A DNA stretch of 64,000 nucleotides from an uncultured virus (IMG/VR IMGVR_UViG_3300031182_000006) (lineage: Duplodnaviria > Heunggongvirae > Uroviricota > Caudoviricetes): the IMG/VR virus record IMGVR_UViG_3300031182_000006; one strand, 5' to 3'. This document shows, one piece after another, positions 39,426 to 48,612 of this stretch. Positions within the stretch are counted from its first letter, which is position 1, and each line of letters starts with the position of its first letter. Position numbers and translations under genes: made by a program. A model generated the notes under the pieces. The model searched no databases, was not told the DNA's origin, and saw only the letters and a program-made list of their open reading frames with translations.

Positions 39426-40289
39426 TTACCACAGGCCTTCTTTTTCCCATTTTTCAATGTTCTTGGCCAAAATAGCCTGAACTTCCTTGGGACATTTTTT
39501 GATTTTCGACACACTAATCATATCGCTTGCGCCGACAAGGTTCGGATTTTCTTTCGTATCAGCGTAGTCGACGAACCATACATGTGCATCTCTTGGCCAA
39601 ATCGGCATAAACTCGAAATGACTCTCGATGCTCCTGATGGTCATGATAAAACCTTGTCGCACATCTTGACTGAAATTGAGACCTTCAAGAATGTCGATCC
39701 ACGGCCCTCTATTCAATCGACACTTCTCCACTTTTTGGATGGCGTCTTTGAGTTCGTCCGTAAGGACGATATCCTCATAGCCGGCACCCTCAATCCATTT
39801 CGAAGGAACGAAAACTTTTTCCACTGGCTTGGTGTATTTGAAGAACCCGTAAAGATTGGCATCGTTGATACCGAACTTATTTCCATACGAGGTTCCCCAC
39901 ACCAAAAGTCCTTTTGCGGAATGGTAGTAGAGAATAGCTTCCTCGATAGAGGGCTTACAATAATCACTCTCGATAATGTAATCGTATCTGAGAGCTTCTT
40001 TGAAACCTTCGACCTGCAAGATTTTCTTGAAGTTCTCCCAGGACGTGCCGGTACGCGTATCACCGATCGAAGCCAACACACGCTCTTTAATTTCGTTGAC
40101 ATATGCAGAAACTCCCAGGAGTTTCATTTTTTCGGGATCGGTGAACTCGCCGAATGATTTCTTGACCATTTCCTCGGTAATTTCCATCGGATCGATGTTC
40201 ATAACATCTCTTACGAAATTCAAATATGCTTCGCTCAGCGTCTTTGCCATATTTAATTCATCTCCTTGGTAATTATTTACTATAATCAT
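39426..40289 (-). CDS. hypothetical early protein
   Basis: about 275-287 aa, TATATATTAT at 40294-40303; likely start 40250. Confidence 0.7.
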   Translation of the reverse strand: MIIVNNYQGDELNMAKTLSEAYLNFVRDVMNIDPMEITEEMVKKSFGEFTDPEKMKLLGVSAYVNEIKERVLASIGDTRTGTSWENFKKILQVEGFKEALRYDYIIESDYCKPSIEEAILYYHSAKGLLVWGTSYGNKFGINDANLYGFFKYTKPVEKVFVPSKWIEGAGYEDIVLTDELKDAIQKVEKCRLNRGPWIDILEGLNFSQDVRQGFIMTIRSIESHFEFMPIWPRDAHVWFVDYADTKENPNLVGASDMISVSKIKKCPKEVQAILAKNIEKWEKEGLW

Positions 40290-40355
40290 GGATATAATAT
40301 ATAAATATAAGTTAGAAATTTTCTAAAATAAAATTATCGCGGAATCTGACCATCA

Positions 40356-41279
40356 CTAGATTTTACTTAGATCTAATTTGATATCAAAAATACTTTCCAA
40401 AGGAAAACCTGCTCGTTTTTCCCTTCCTCCACCGCCAAGTGTCGCGGCAATTTCATTAAGTTTGATATCGTCTTTCATTGTACGAATGGAAGCTCTTCCA
40501 GTACTTAAAGAGCAAACCATTGCGATATCAATATCACTATTATACTTACAAATTTGAGATGCGATCGTAGAAATATGTTGTTCGGCAAAAACAACACCAA
40601 TGCGATAGCCGGATCTGCTTGTGTAAGTTTTCATTTCCCGTCTTTTACCATCTACATATCTTCTTATTCTGAACTTTTCTTCTTTAAGAAGAATTTTTTC
40701 TTCAGATGTCCATTCCGTTTCAATATTTTCAGTAAATCTTTCAATGAACCTTTCCTTCCCTTTAATAGACAAAAGAAGGTTAAGTTCATTGGCCTTCTCA
40801 TTATGAAGACGCATCCATTCAAATGTGTCCCATTGACGAACTAATTCAGAAAATGCTACTATCTCGTCTTCTTTATCTATGAAACCTTGTTCTAATAAAT
40901 AATCAGACCACAAGGAAGTGCCACATGTTTTAACCATGCGTCCTTTAACTTCCTTTTCCTTTGATACAAATGCCCATGTATATTGGTTAAGCCACATTGC
41001 ACGCTCATGATGGTCGAGAAGTATAAATTTCGTATTAGGTAATTCTTTATCTGCTTTTTCTATGAGTTTTGCTGTATTTTCATCAACGCTTATATCAGTT
41101 ATAACAACCATGCTATAAGAAAAGTAACCTCGTAGAAGCGATCCGACGAAATCAGAAACTCGCCTATTGATATTCTCATAATCACATAGATCATACGAGA
41201 CTGAGGGAAAAGTTCTTTGGGAAATTACTACTGCTCCTATCCCATCAGTATCTATATGAGAAAAATGTTTGATAATCAT
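40356..41279 (-). CDS. DHH/DHHA1 phosphoesterase
   Basis: HIDTDG, ITD, LDHH, C-terminal GGGGR in place of GGGH. Confidence 0.85.
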   Translation of the reverse strand: MIIKHFSHIDTDGIGAVVISQRTFPSVSYDLCDYENINRRVSDFVGSLLRGYFSYSMVVITDISVDENTAKLIEKADKELPNTKFILLDHHERAMWLNQYTWAFVSKEKEVKGRMVKTCGTSLWSDYLLEQGFIDKEDEIVAFSELVRQWDTFEWMRLHNEKANELNLLLSIKGKERFIERFTENIETEWTSEEKILLKEEKFRIRRYVDGKRREMKTYTSRSGYRIGVVFAEQHISTIASQICKYNSDIDIAMVCSLSTGRASIRTMKDDIKLNEIAATLGGGGREKRAGFPLESIFDIKLDLSKI

Positions 41280-41296
41280 TACAATACCACCCCAAT

Positions 41297-41815
41297 TTAT
41301 TCATTATCGGTCTGACTCCTTGGTTTAAAAATTCTCTCCGATTCATTGTCGTTATTAAATCTACGAACGGTATTTTCAATAACGCACATAAGTGCATGTG
41401 GAATGTTGAATCGTTTAGAGTTATGAATAAGACTAGCATAAATATCCCCGTCAACATGCCTTTTAACTGCGGCCATCCAGTCAGCTACCATCTCGATAAG
41501 ATCCAAAAGATCCATATCTTGAACACCGTTCTCATAATGCTCGGGATGATGGCTATTGGAAGCATAATGATTTTCAAGGGCCGGTTTCAATTCTTCCAAG
41601 AGTGTTTTATATTCAGGAGAACCATAGGTTGTATTTCTAAGACGCGAAATAACCCTATCAAAATACGGCGCTTCTTTTTCACTGAATTTAGAAAAATCAT
41701 GAACGACGGCACGTTTGGTTAATTCAGAAATGAAATGTGCCATATTTTCGCCTACTGCCTTCTTATGGTCGAGAGTTTGCAAAATATGTTCCGTGGTCAT
41801 ATGACATACCTCCAA
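41297..41815 (-). CDS. HD-fold protein (DUF5662-like)
   Basis: HDFSKF, HYASNSHHPEH, EMVADW. Confidence 0.75.
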   Translation of the reverse strand: MEVCHMTTEHILQTLDHKKAVGENMAHFISELTKRAVVHDFSKFSEKEAPYFDRVISRLRNTTYGSPEYKTLLEELKPALENHYASNSHHPEHYENGVQDMDLLDLIEMVADWMAAVKRHVDGDIYASLIHNSKRFNIPHALMCVIENTVRRFNNDNESERIFKPRSQTDNE

Positions 41816-41913
41816 AAAAAATAATAATTTAATGGTTTGTTTTTAAGCAAATAAATATACACTAGCAGGCATTAACGACCTGCTAGTGTATATTTTCTTA
41901 TATAATTCAGTTT

Positions 41914-43266
41914 TCAATCTTCGTAATCAGCCGGAGAGATAGAAAATCCAATGGGAGCCGCTCTGTTAATGTGATGCATAAAATCACCCTTCTTTTGGCT
42001 CGCATCAACCTTTTCAATCTCTTTCATGACTTTCGATATATCTACTGAACCAGTTTGATATTTATAAAGTGCGCAGGAAATAAAGATTTCATTGAGAGTT
42101 GCCATGGGCATACCTTTGGTTCTAGAAATGATTTCTTCAAGTTGCTCTTCAGTTATAATATCGAGAATATTCCTATCGATAAGATATTGTCTTCTAATTT
42201 CAGCAGAAGGTTGTTTAATTTCATAAGATCTATCAAAACGACCAGCTCGGTTCATCAAACCCGGATCAATTTTATCCGGATAGTTTGTTGTTCCGATAAT
42301 AAATACCCCTTCATTTACAGAAATGCCGTCAAGCATATTGAGAAAAGTCGATCTGCAGCTTTGGGGCATAGAATCAATGTCTTCGATTATCAAAAGAGAA
42401 GATAACGCGCTTTGTTTGATTTCTGAGAATATCAAGTAGATTGATTCACTGGTTGTGTATTCGGTTACCTGCCAATAGTAAATCGGAACTTTACCAGCAA
42501 TCGATTTAATCAATGAACGTATTAACGTAGTTTTCCCATTACCAGGTCTACCATAGAGAAGTATTCCACGACGATACGGGATGTTATATTTTTGATAGAA
42601 ATCTTTTCCTTCGTGGTCAAAAAATTGATTCACAAACATGAAAATTTGTTCTTTCAAATCATCGTCGAGATAAATTCTTTCATCTCTGATAGCTGTATCA
42701 ACTATTTCATTTCTACGCTCCATTCCGGACCGGGTATCCATAATAAAGCGAATATGACGCAATTTCTTTTCTCTTAGTGCTTGCATAGAATGTAATATGT
42801 AACTTTTAACATTAGCAGCATTTTCTCCGAAGAACAACGTATATTCTTCCATCCTACCATTACCTATAATATATACAAACGTTGCAATAAATACGTTAAA
42901 CTTTTCATGATACATTAATGTATTTGAAAAATTGACATCTGCACCATGAGATCCTTCTTGGGCACCCTCTAAGCTATATACAACTAAATCAATACCTTTA
43001 TTAATTTCTTCATGAGAAATATCTAACGGAATACTGATCACATCACTTATGATTGCAACTCTCTTCAGTTCCCCATTCTTAATCTGATCAGATATTACGT
43101 CCAAACACTCATAGAAAGTTGTATATAATTTTACATCGGTTCCAAAAGTGTTTTTAATATATTCTCGAATTTTCCTCACATGAAAAGTATATTCGATACT
43201 TCTAGGAATATCTACTTTTGTAAGACCTTCTGTTTCTACCACAACGTTACTTTCAAATTTTTCCAT
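41914..43266 (-). CDS. AAA+ ATPase, paralog of 33230..34609
   Basis: GRPGNGKT, IIEDID, TTNYPDKIDP, RAGRFD. Confidence 0.9.
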   Translation of the reverse strand: MEKFESNVVVETEGLTKVDIPRSIEYTFHVRKIREYIKNTFGTDVKLYTTFYECLDVISDQIKNGELKRVAIISDVISIPLDISHEEINKGIDLVVYSLEGAQEGSHGADVNFSNTLMYHEKFNVFIATFVYIIGNGRMEEYTLFFGENAANVKSYILHSMQALREKKLRHIRFIMDTRSGMERRNEIVDTAIRDERIYLDDDLKEQIFMFVNQFFDHEGKDFYQKYNIPYRRGILLYGRPGNGKTTLIRSLIKSIAGKVPIYYWQVTEYTTSESIYLIFSEIKQSALSSLLIIEDIDSMPQSCRSTFLNMLDGISVNEGVFIIGTTNYPDKIDPGLMNRAGRFDRSYEIKQPSAEIRRQYLIDRNILDIITEEQLEEIISRTKGMPMATLNEIFISCALYKYQTGSVDISKVMKEIEKVDASQKKGDFMHHINRAAPIGFSISPADYED

Positions 43267-43372
43267 TCTCTCTTAACTCTCCTCTCTTATTAATTATTCG
43301 GTAAAAATAATATATAAAAAACTCCAGTGGAGTTTATATCCACTGGAGTCTTGTTTATTCTAATTTTGAAAA

Positions 43373-43939
43373 TTAAGAATCGAAAAGCGGCTTAAAGCAT
43401 TGATATACCTTACAGTCATGCTGTGGTGTAGGGCAACCTGAACCAGGAGATGGTGTGGGGCAATCTGGTTCATAAGGGGTTGGGCAGCCGTCAACCGGTG
43501 TGATTGGTGTAGGACAACCACAGTCACCAGGGTCATCCGGTTCACAATCAGTATATCTTGTAATGATATCATGGCTGAAAATATCATTAATATGTAAACC
43601 TGTTCTAAATCTAAAATTCGGTGACTGGATGGGAGAATTCATAAGTGTATATATCCTTAGGGTTTCAACACTAATGTCAGCCATGAAACCGTCATATTTA
43701 CCTTTGGAAAGAATATCTGCCTCAGTATACCAAGCCACGGTACATCCTGCAAGATTATTTAAATGAAATGCTCGTTCACGTGTTGCAAAAATAGGAATAC
43801 CAGTTTGCCTTGCAACTTCTACAAACGCCATATCTCTACTCATATGGTTAACATCTTTATCAATCAAAATAAGTTTTCCGCTATCAAGATTATCTATAAT
43901 TATCATTTTAATAGAATTCTTACTTGGTTGGATTAACAT
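43373..43939 (-). CDS. hypothetical protein with Cys/Pro-rich CPTP repeats
   Basis: four CPTP units in C-terminal third. Confidence 0.65.
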   Translation of the reverse strand: MLIQPSKNSIKMIIIDNLDSGKLILIDKDVNHMSRDMAFVEVARQTGIPIFATRERAFHLNNLAGCTVAWYTEADILSKGKYDGFMADISVETLRIYTLMNSPIQSPNFRFRTGLHINDIFSHDIITRYTDCEPDDPGDCGCPTPITPVDGCPTPYEPDCPTPSPGSGCPTPQHDCKVYQCFKPLFDS

Positions 43940-43957
43940 TCCTCATCCTTCCCTTCC

Positions 43958-45178
43958 TCAAAGAATCAACGTTTCAGGTTTAACTTCGGTAATTTTAGCC
44001 GTACTATTATGGAATTTTTTCATTGAAAGATTGAGCAAGGATGATGAAACCCGTGCTGCTGTAAGGCCGATATTGTCAATTTTAAGTTTATCATACATTG
44101 CCCCTGCACATACCCGACAAAGCTTTTTGCTTACGCAATACAACGGGGAACGCATTTTGACAATTTGTCCAACGAATTTATTCATGTTGGATTCATCAAG
44201 GAGGACAAGTTTACCATTCTGAATAATATAACGATACAAGAAATCATTAATATTTTTATCTGTAAGAAGAACGGTCATATATCCTTTACTACCACAATCG
44301 CTACCTGGTTTATCAAGTACAACAGCCTGTAGAGCAGCAATGATTTGCTTACTGAAATAACCCGAGACAGCAGTTCCGATAGCTTTAGGATATGCACCTG
44401 TAATAATCGCATTCGCATAAACTGGAAGATCTTCTTTCTTAATACCTTCCATAAGATTAGTTTCAACAATATCAAATTCACCAGTGGAAGGATTAAATAC
44501 TGGTCCCTTCATAACACTGATATTTTTAAAGTTGTTATCAAAGGAACCGCGAGCACCAGATTTATACAAATCAAGACCATGGTCCCCTTCCAACTCTTTA
44601 GCTGCAACATCTAGAAGTTCTTTTTCGATTTTAACAGCAGTAATAACATCACCCTTTTTGAGTTTATCTTTATTTTCCTTAATAAGTTCATCCCGTCTTT
44701 TGATAACTTTGGGATGTGGTTTCAGTGTACCCATAGTGAAAGAGCCACTAATTACAGAGTGAAATTGCATTCCGAGCCATTGGGTTCGATTGAGATAATC
44801 GACCATTGAAGGGACGTCAATTTCATCGTTCAAGAGAGCTTTAGCAAGCTTATCTTCGATTTTATTCACCGCGGCAGAATTAAGTGGAGTGTTAATATAT
44901 CCAAGAACTTTTTGGAATTTTTCCTCCACGATAAGTTTATTATAAATAAACAAACCTGCGTTTGTTGTAACCTTAGTTGTATTAAAATATTCTCCGGGAT
45001 TGAGGTCAAATTCATCGCTGGTTTTCATACGGGGAGGAATAATCTTAAATTTTCCATTTTCAACAACTGATCTTGATGCAAATAGTGAAAGAAGTAGAGA
45101 AAATGTTATATCTTCTCTTTTTAAAGAGAGTAAATATTCTTTATCTTTTTGGGATAATTTTCTACCCATCCTAATCAC
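43958..45178 (-). CDS. multisubunit RNA polymerase beta' C-terminal subunit
   Basis: SGARGS, bridge helix TAVSGYFSKQ, DCG, RSPLYC..CRVCAG, trigger loop LSMKKFH. Confidence 0.9.
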   Translation of the reverse strand: MIRMGRKLSQKDKEYLLSLKREDITFSLLLSLFASRSVVENGKFKIIPPRMKTSDEFDLNPGEYFNTTKVTTNAGLFIYNKLIVEEKFQKVLGYINTPLNSAAVNKIEDKLAKALLNDEIDVPSMVDYLNRTQWLGMQFHSVISGSFTMGTLKPHPKVIKRRDELIKENKDKLKKGDVITAVKIEKELLDVAAKELEGDHGLDLYKSGARGSFDNNFKNISVMKGPVFNPSTGEFDIVETNLMEGIKKEDLPVYANAIITGAYPKAIGTAVSGYFSKQIIAALQAVVLDKPGSDCGSKGYMTVLLTDKNINDFLYRYIIQNGKLVLLDESNMNKFVGQIVKMRSPLYCVSKKLCRVCAGAMYDKLKIDNIGLTAARVSSSLLNLSMKKFHNSTAKITEVKPETLIL

Positions 45179-45251
45179 CTCTAGCCGTTATTAATTATAA
45201 ATCTGTTGTTATAACCAAAAAAAAGAAGACCCCCTTGCGATTATCTATATA

Positions 45252-45722
45252 TTAATGAAAAACTTTATTTAGGCTTCTGAAGAAAGCCCTATCTATTCTC
45301 TTCTCCGGAAGAATATCGTTTGTCGAAACGATGACACGCCTAAGGTTGAATATACTACCTGCAATTTTTATTCTGTCTATCATAGTTTGCATAGGCAAAC
45401 CAACAAAAATTTCCGTCCATACAAGTTCTTTCTCTTTAAAAAATACATATCCAGCTTTTGTTTTTATAGAACTGTCTTCGAATTTAGCGTGGGAAACAAG
45501 AACGGCTGCGGGCTCCACCTTAAGATACCATTCGACAAAATTGATGAGGAACAGCGAATCAGACTTATGATGATACAAAAACTGTAGATCACAAAGCAGA
45601 TTTGAACAAGAGTTGACTGCGATGTTCGTATTTGTGTAAAGCGTCTTTTTAGCTCGTCCTCCACAAAACGCACAAGAATTAACAGCTTTACCGTAATTGC
45701 TTATTGTTTGTAATACTGCCAT
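45252..45722 (-). CDS. Cys-rich putative zinc-finger protein
   Basis: CAFC...CSNLLC...H. Confidence 0.6.
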   Translation of the reverse strand: MAVLQTISNYGKAVNSCAFCGGRAKKTLYTNTNIAVNSCSNLLCDLQFLYHHKSDSLFLINFVEWYLKVEPAAVLVSHAKFEDSSIKTKAGYVFFKEKELVWTEIFVGLPMQTMIDRIKIAGSIFNLRRVIVSTNDILPEKRIDRAFFRSLNKVFH

Positions 45723-45749
45723 TTTTTATTCACTCCTTATATTTTTTTA

Positions 45750-46283
45750 TTAATAGATCAATCGTTCAATTACTTCCCTCGGTATATATGACATGAGAAC
45801 TCTGTCGAGTATAATGATTTTTCGCCCTTTTATATCAAATTCCTTGAATAAGCGTTTAGTTAGTTCATCGATCGTTGTGTCCACAAGAATCGTTGTCCAT
45901 ATGTAACCTCCTTTATCGGAAGGGACAATGAACCCTGCTTTAGTTAACTCTTTAATTCCACTTTGCTTATATCGCATTTTTCCAATCAAAATACCAGCAG
46001 GTTGCACTCCGAGTTCTTTCTCCAAAATGCCTATGATCCTACTATTCGGGTGGCTAATATAATTATGAAGTAGCTCGCATTTGATACTATCACAAATACT
46101 TTTTTCACATTTAACCACAGAAATATCACCGCAAAAATATGTGGCTTGCTTACCGCATATAACACATTTAAACCTAGAGTGGTATTTGCAAACTATATTT
46201 CCTTTAAGAGCGTCATTAAAACAAACTGAGCCTTGTGAATCAACAAATATACATTTTTGCTCCAAAAAAACACACCTCGCCAA
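45750..46283 (-). CDS. Cys-rich putative zinc-finger protein
   Basis: multiple Cys/His clusters including CKYH, CVIC, CDSIKC. Confidence 0.6.
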   Translation of the reverse strand: MARCVFLEQKCIFVDSQGSVCFNDALKGNIVCKYHSRFKCVICGKQATYFCGDISVVKCEKSICDSIKCELLHNYISHPNSRIIGILEKELGVQPAGILIGKMRYKQSGIKELTKAGFIVPSDKGGYIWTTILVDTTIDELTKRLFKEFDIKGRKIIILDRVLMSYIPREVIERLIY

Positions 46284-46512
46284 AAACCGGTATTATTTCT
46301 TTCAATTGAACTTGGACATATGACACAAATAATAAATAAAATTTTATTAATTAACCCTTTATTTATTAACTCTGTCATATATCCAAGCATTATAATTATT
46401 TGAATTATCCATATTTATTATACCTCTCTATTTTATAATTTTTAATTATAAATACTTTATTCGTTATAATGATAAAATAAAGGCGGGTGTTAAAAAGGTT
46501 TCACCTCCTTAA

Positions 46513-46872
46513 TTAAATAACGAACGAAAACATTTTCGGACTTAAAACCGAAAAGTCAAAATACCTTTGACTGAGATTTGAGCGTTTGATGAAATTTACA
46601 CACCCGCCTTTAATCTTTTTTACAGCCTTACGGATTTTGTCTTCGAGAGTAATTCCCAAGAGACGTTCAAAGAAATTTGGTGCTTCGACGATTACTTTAT
46701 ATCGTTCGGTGCAAATGTCGGCTCCAGGAAGTTCCCGGTACAAAGAAGCAAAGACTACTACTCCACCTTCAAGTTCTTCAAACTCTTGAATATTGAACCG
46801 TGCATAAAATTCCTCATTAATGATAACATGGCCTGCATCTTCATTGACACACCGCATTATCGCGTTATACAC
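46513..46872 (-). CDS. hypothetical protein
   Basis: 119 aa, GAGGTG RBS. Confidence 0.6.
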   Translation of the reverse strand: MYNAIMRCVNEDAGHVIINEEFYARFNIQEFEELEGGVVVFASLYRELPGADICTERYKVIVEAPNFFERLLGITLEDKIRKAVKKIKGGCVNFIKRSNLSQRYFDFSVLSPKMFSFVI

Positions 46873-46884
46873 ATTATCACCTCT

Positions 46885-47499
46885 TTATTCTGTTTTCTTA
46901 GATTTATAGTGCTTCTCGATCAATAAGGCCGTTTCGATGAAATCCTTATTGATTGTTAAGATAACCTCCTTGTTATTGGTTATATTGAAATTCTTGACAA
47001 GAATATCCAAATCGAGTTTAGCTGCCTTATCGATCAATTCGCTGGTTTCGTCAATGTAATCTCCATTAAACAGCTCAGGATTGACCTTGACAACGAACCT
47101 AGTTTCCAGAACTCCGCTTTCATTCCGAATGATGAATTGAATTTTTACGGGATCTTCAAATTCCCCTTTATCGATGATCTTGACTTTAGGTTTGCTCAGA
47201 AGTTTCTTTATTTTGTTATACAAAATTCGCACATCCTTGGTAGTGCGAATGAGAGGCTGAACGAAAAGCGGAGTTATGATATACATTCCAGATTGTGATA
47301 ATTCTTTCTTGTAAACGAAGTTACCGGACAGGCTTTTCCTTGTTACAGTAACTTTGGAATTTCCTCGTTCGCGGGAGAAGATGAGGATTCCATTAACGGC
47401 ATTATACTCCTTATCGAAGTATAACCTTTCATTTTTGCCGTTGGTGCGGTTGAAGATGGAACCGCTTTTGGTGAGAAAAATAAACATATTATTTTTCAT
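46885..47499 (-). CDS. hypothetical early protein
   Basis: 204 aa, TATATATTAT at 47593-47602. Confidence 0.65.
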   Translation of the reverse strand: MKNNMFIFLTKSGSIFNRTNGKNERLYFDKEYNAVNGILIFSRERGNSKVTVTRKSLSGNFVYKKELSQSGMYIITPLFVQPLIRTTKDVRILYNKIKKLLSKPKVKIIDKGEFEDPVKIQFIIRNESGVLETRFVVKVNPELFNGDYIDETSELIDKAAKLDLDILVKNFNITNNKEVILTINKDFIETALLIEKHYKSKKTE

Positions 47500-47687
47500 A
47501 AACTTTTGAATCCCCTAAGCCTTGGTAAAAGGAGATTCTTATGTCCACTCCCCTCTTTATAATTATTAATTTTTTTTGATTGATTCACGATTATAATATA
47601 TAATTTTCGCTGCTAAAATTACTAAAAAACATAAAAAAATGGCATAGATGGTGAGTTTTCAATCACCATCTATGCCATTATTTACCA

Positions 47688-48599
47688 TTAGGAAGTATAA
47701 ATACGGTATACGATCGTCAGATCTTTGTTGGCGGTAAGCATTTCGTTGTTGATATTGATCTTCGAGAACATTTTTACTTGCTTATAGTCCTCACTACCAT
47801 CAGCAAGTTCACCTTTTACACCTGTAAACAGGCCGATGGAGTTAATCCGCGCTTTTTCGATTTCGCCAATATTTTCAAAATATTCGCGACAATCGAGTTT
47901 CGAGATCTTCAAAATCATTTCTACGAATGTTTCGATCGGGTCTGTGCGAGAGGTGTTATGAACATCCGGTTCAACTTCGGTTCCATCCTCGTCACCTTCG
48001 CCATCAGCCCAGAGGACTTTAATTACCGGATCTGTTTCAAACCTCTTCAGGAAGTAAGAGATTTTACCGTCACCTTCAGTGCGACGGAACCAATACTTGT
48101 CAACATCCGCAGCATCCAACGGTTGATCCGTTTGACGGAACGGAATCATGTCGTCGATTTCACGATCAACAAAACGTACATCGTGCACTGAAGTAATCGT
48201 ATCGCCAGCGCCACCAATACCAACACCGAAGAGGCATACACCATTTCCTTTGGGATATGTTTCAGTAATCGGCGGACCGTCGGTAGCAATACCCATGATA
48301 TCGTTGAGATACGCTACAGTAAGCGGAGAAATAACGTTGAATACTTTCTCCAGAACGAAGAGAGCTCCGCCAAGGACGATCATGTTTTGATCATCGAACC
48401 GTTTCTCTTCGAACAAAACTTCACCCAGTTCATTCTGTCCAAGATAGCCATAACCGCCGATAACACGCGTCTTAAAAACAGATTTTCCGCTTCTGGCAAT
48501 TTGATTTCCGATAACCTTATCATAGGAGTTAAGGGTATCATTAAGCGTTAAAATTTTCGGTTTACTCATTCGTACATTCCACCCTTTCGATATTTTCAT
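47688..48599 (-). CDS. putative baseplate/tail structural protein
   Basis: NMIVLGG, FGVGIGG, INSIGLF, IVYRIY end; likely start 48569. Confidence 0.65.
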   Translation of the reverse strand: MKISKGWNVRMSKPKILTLNDTLNSYDKVIGNQIARSGKSVFKTRVIGGYGYLGQNELGEVLFEEKRFDDQNMIVLGGALFVLEKVFNVISPLTVAYLNDIMGIATDGPPITETYPKGNGVCLFGVGIGGAGDTITSVHDVRFVDREIDDMIPFRQTDQPLDAADVDKYWFRRTEGDGKISYFLKRFETDPVIKVLWADGEGDEDGTEVEPDVHNTSRTDPIETFVEMILKISKLDCREYFENIGEIEKARINSIGLFTGVKGELADGSEDYKQVKMFSKININNEMLTANKDLTIVYRIYTS

Positions 48600-48612
48600 T
48601 ATTAATATGTTT

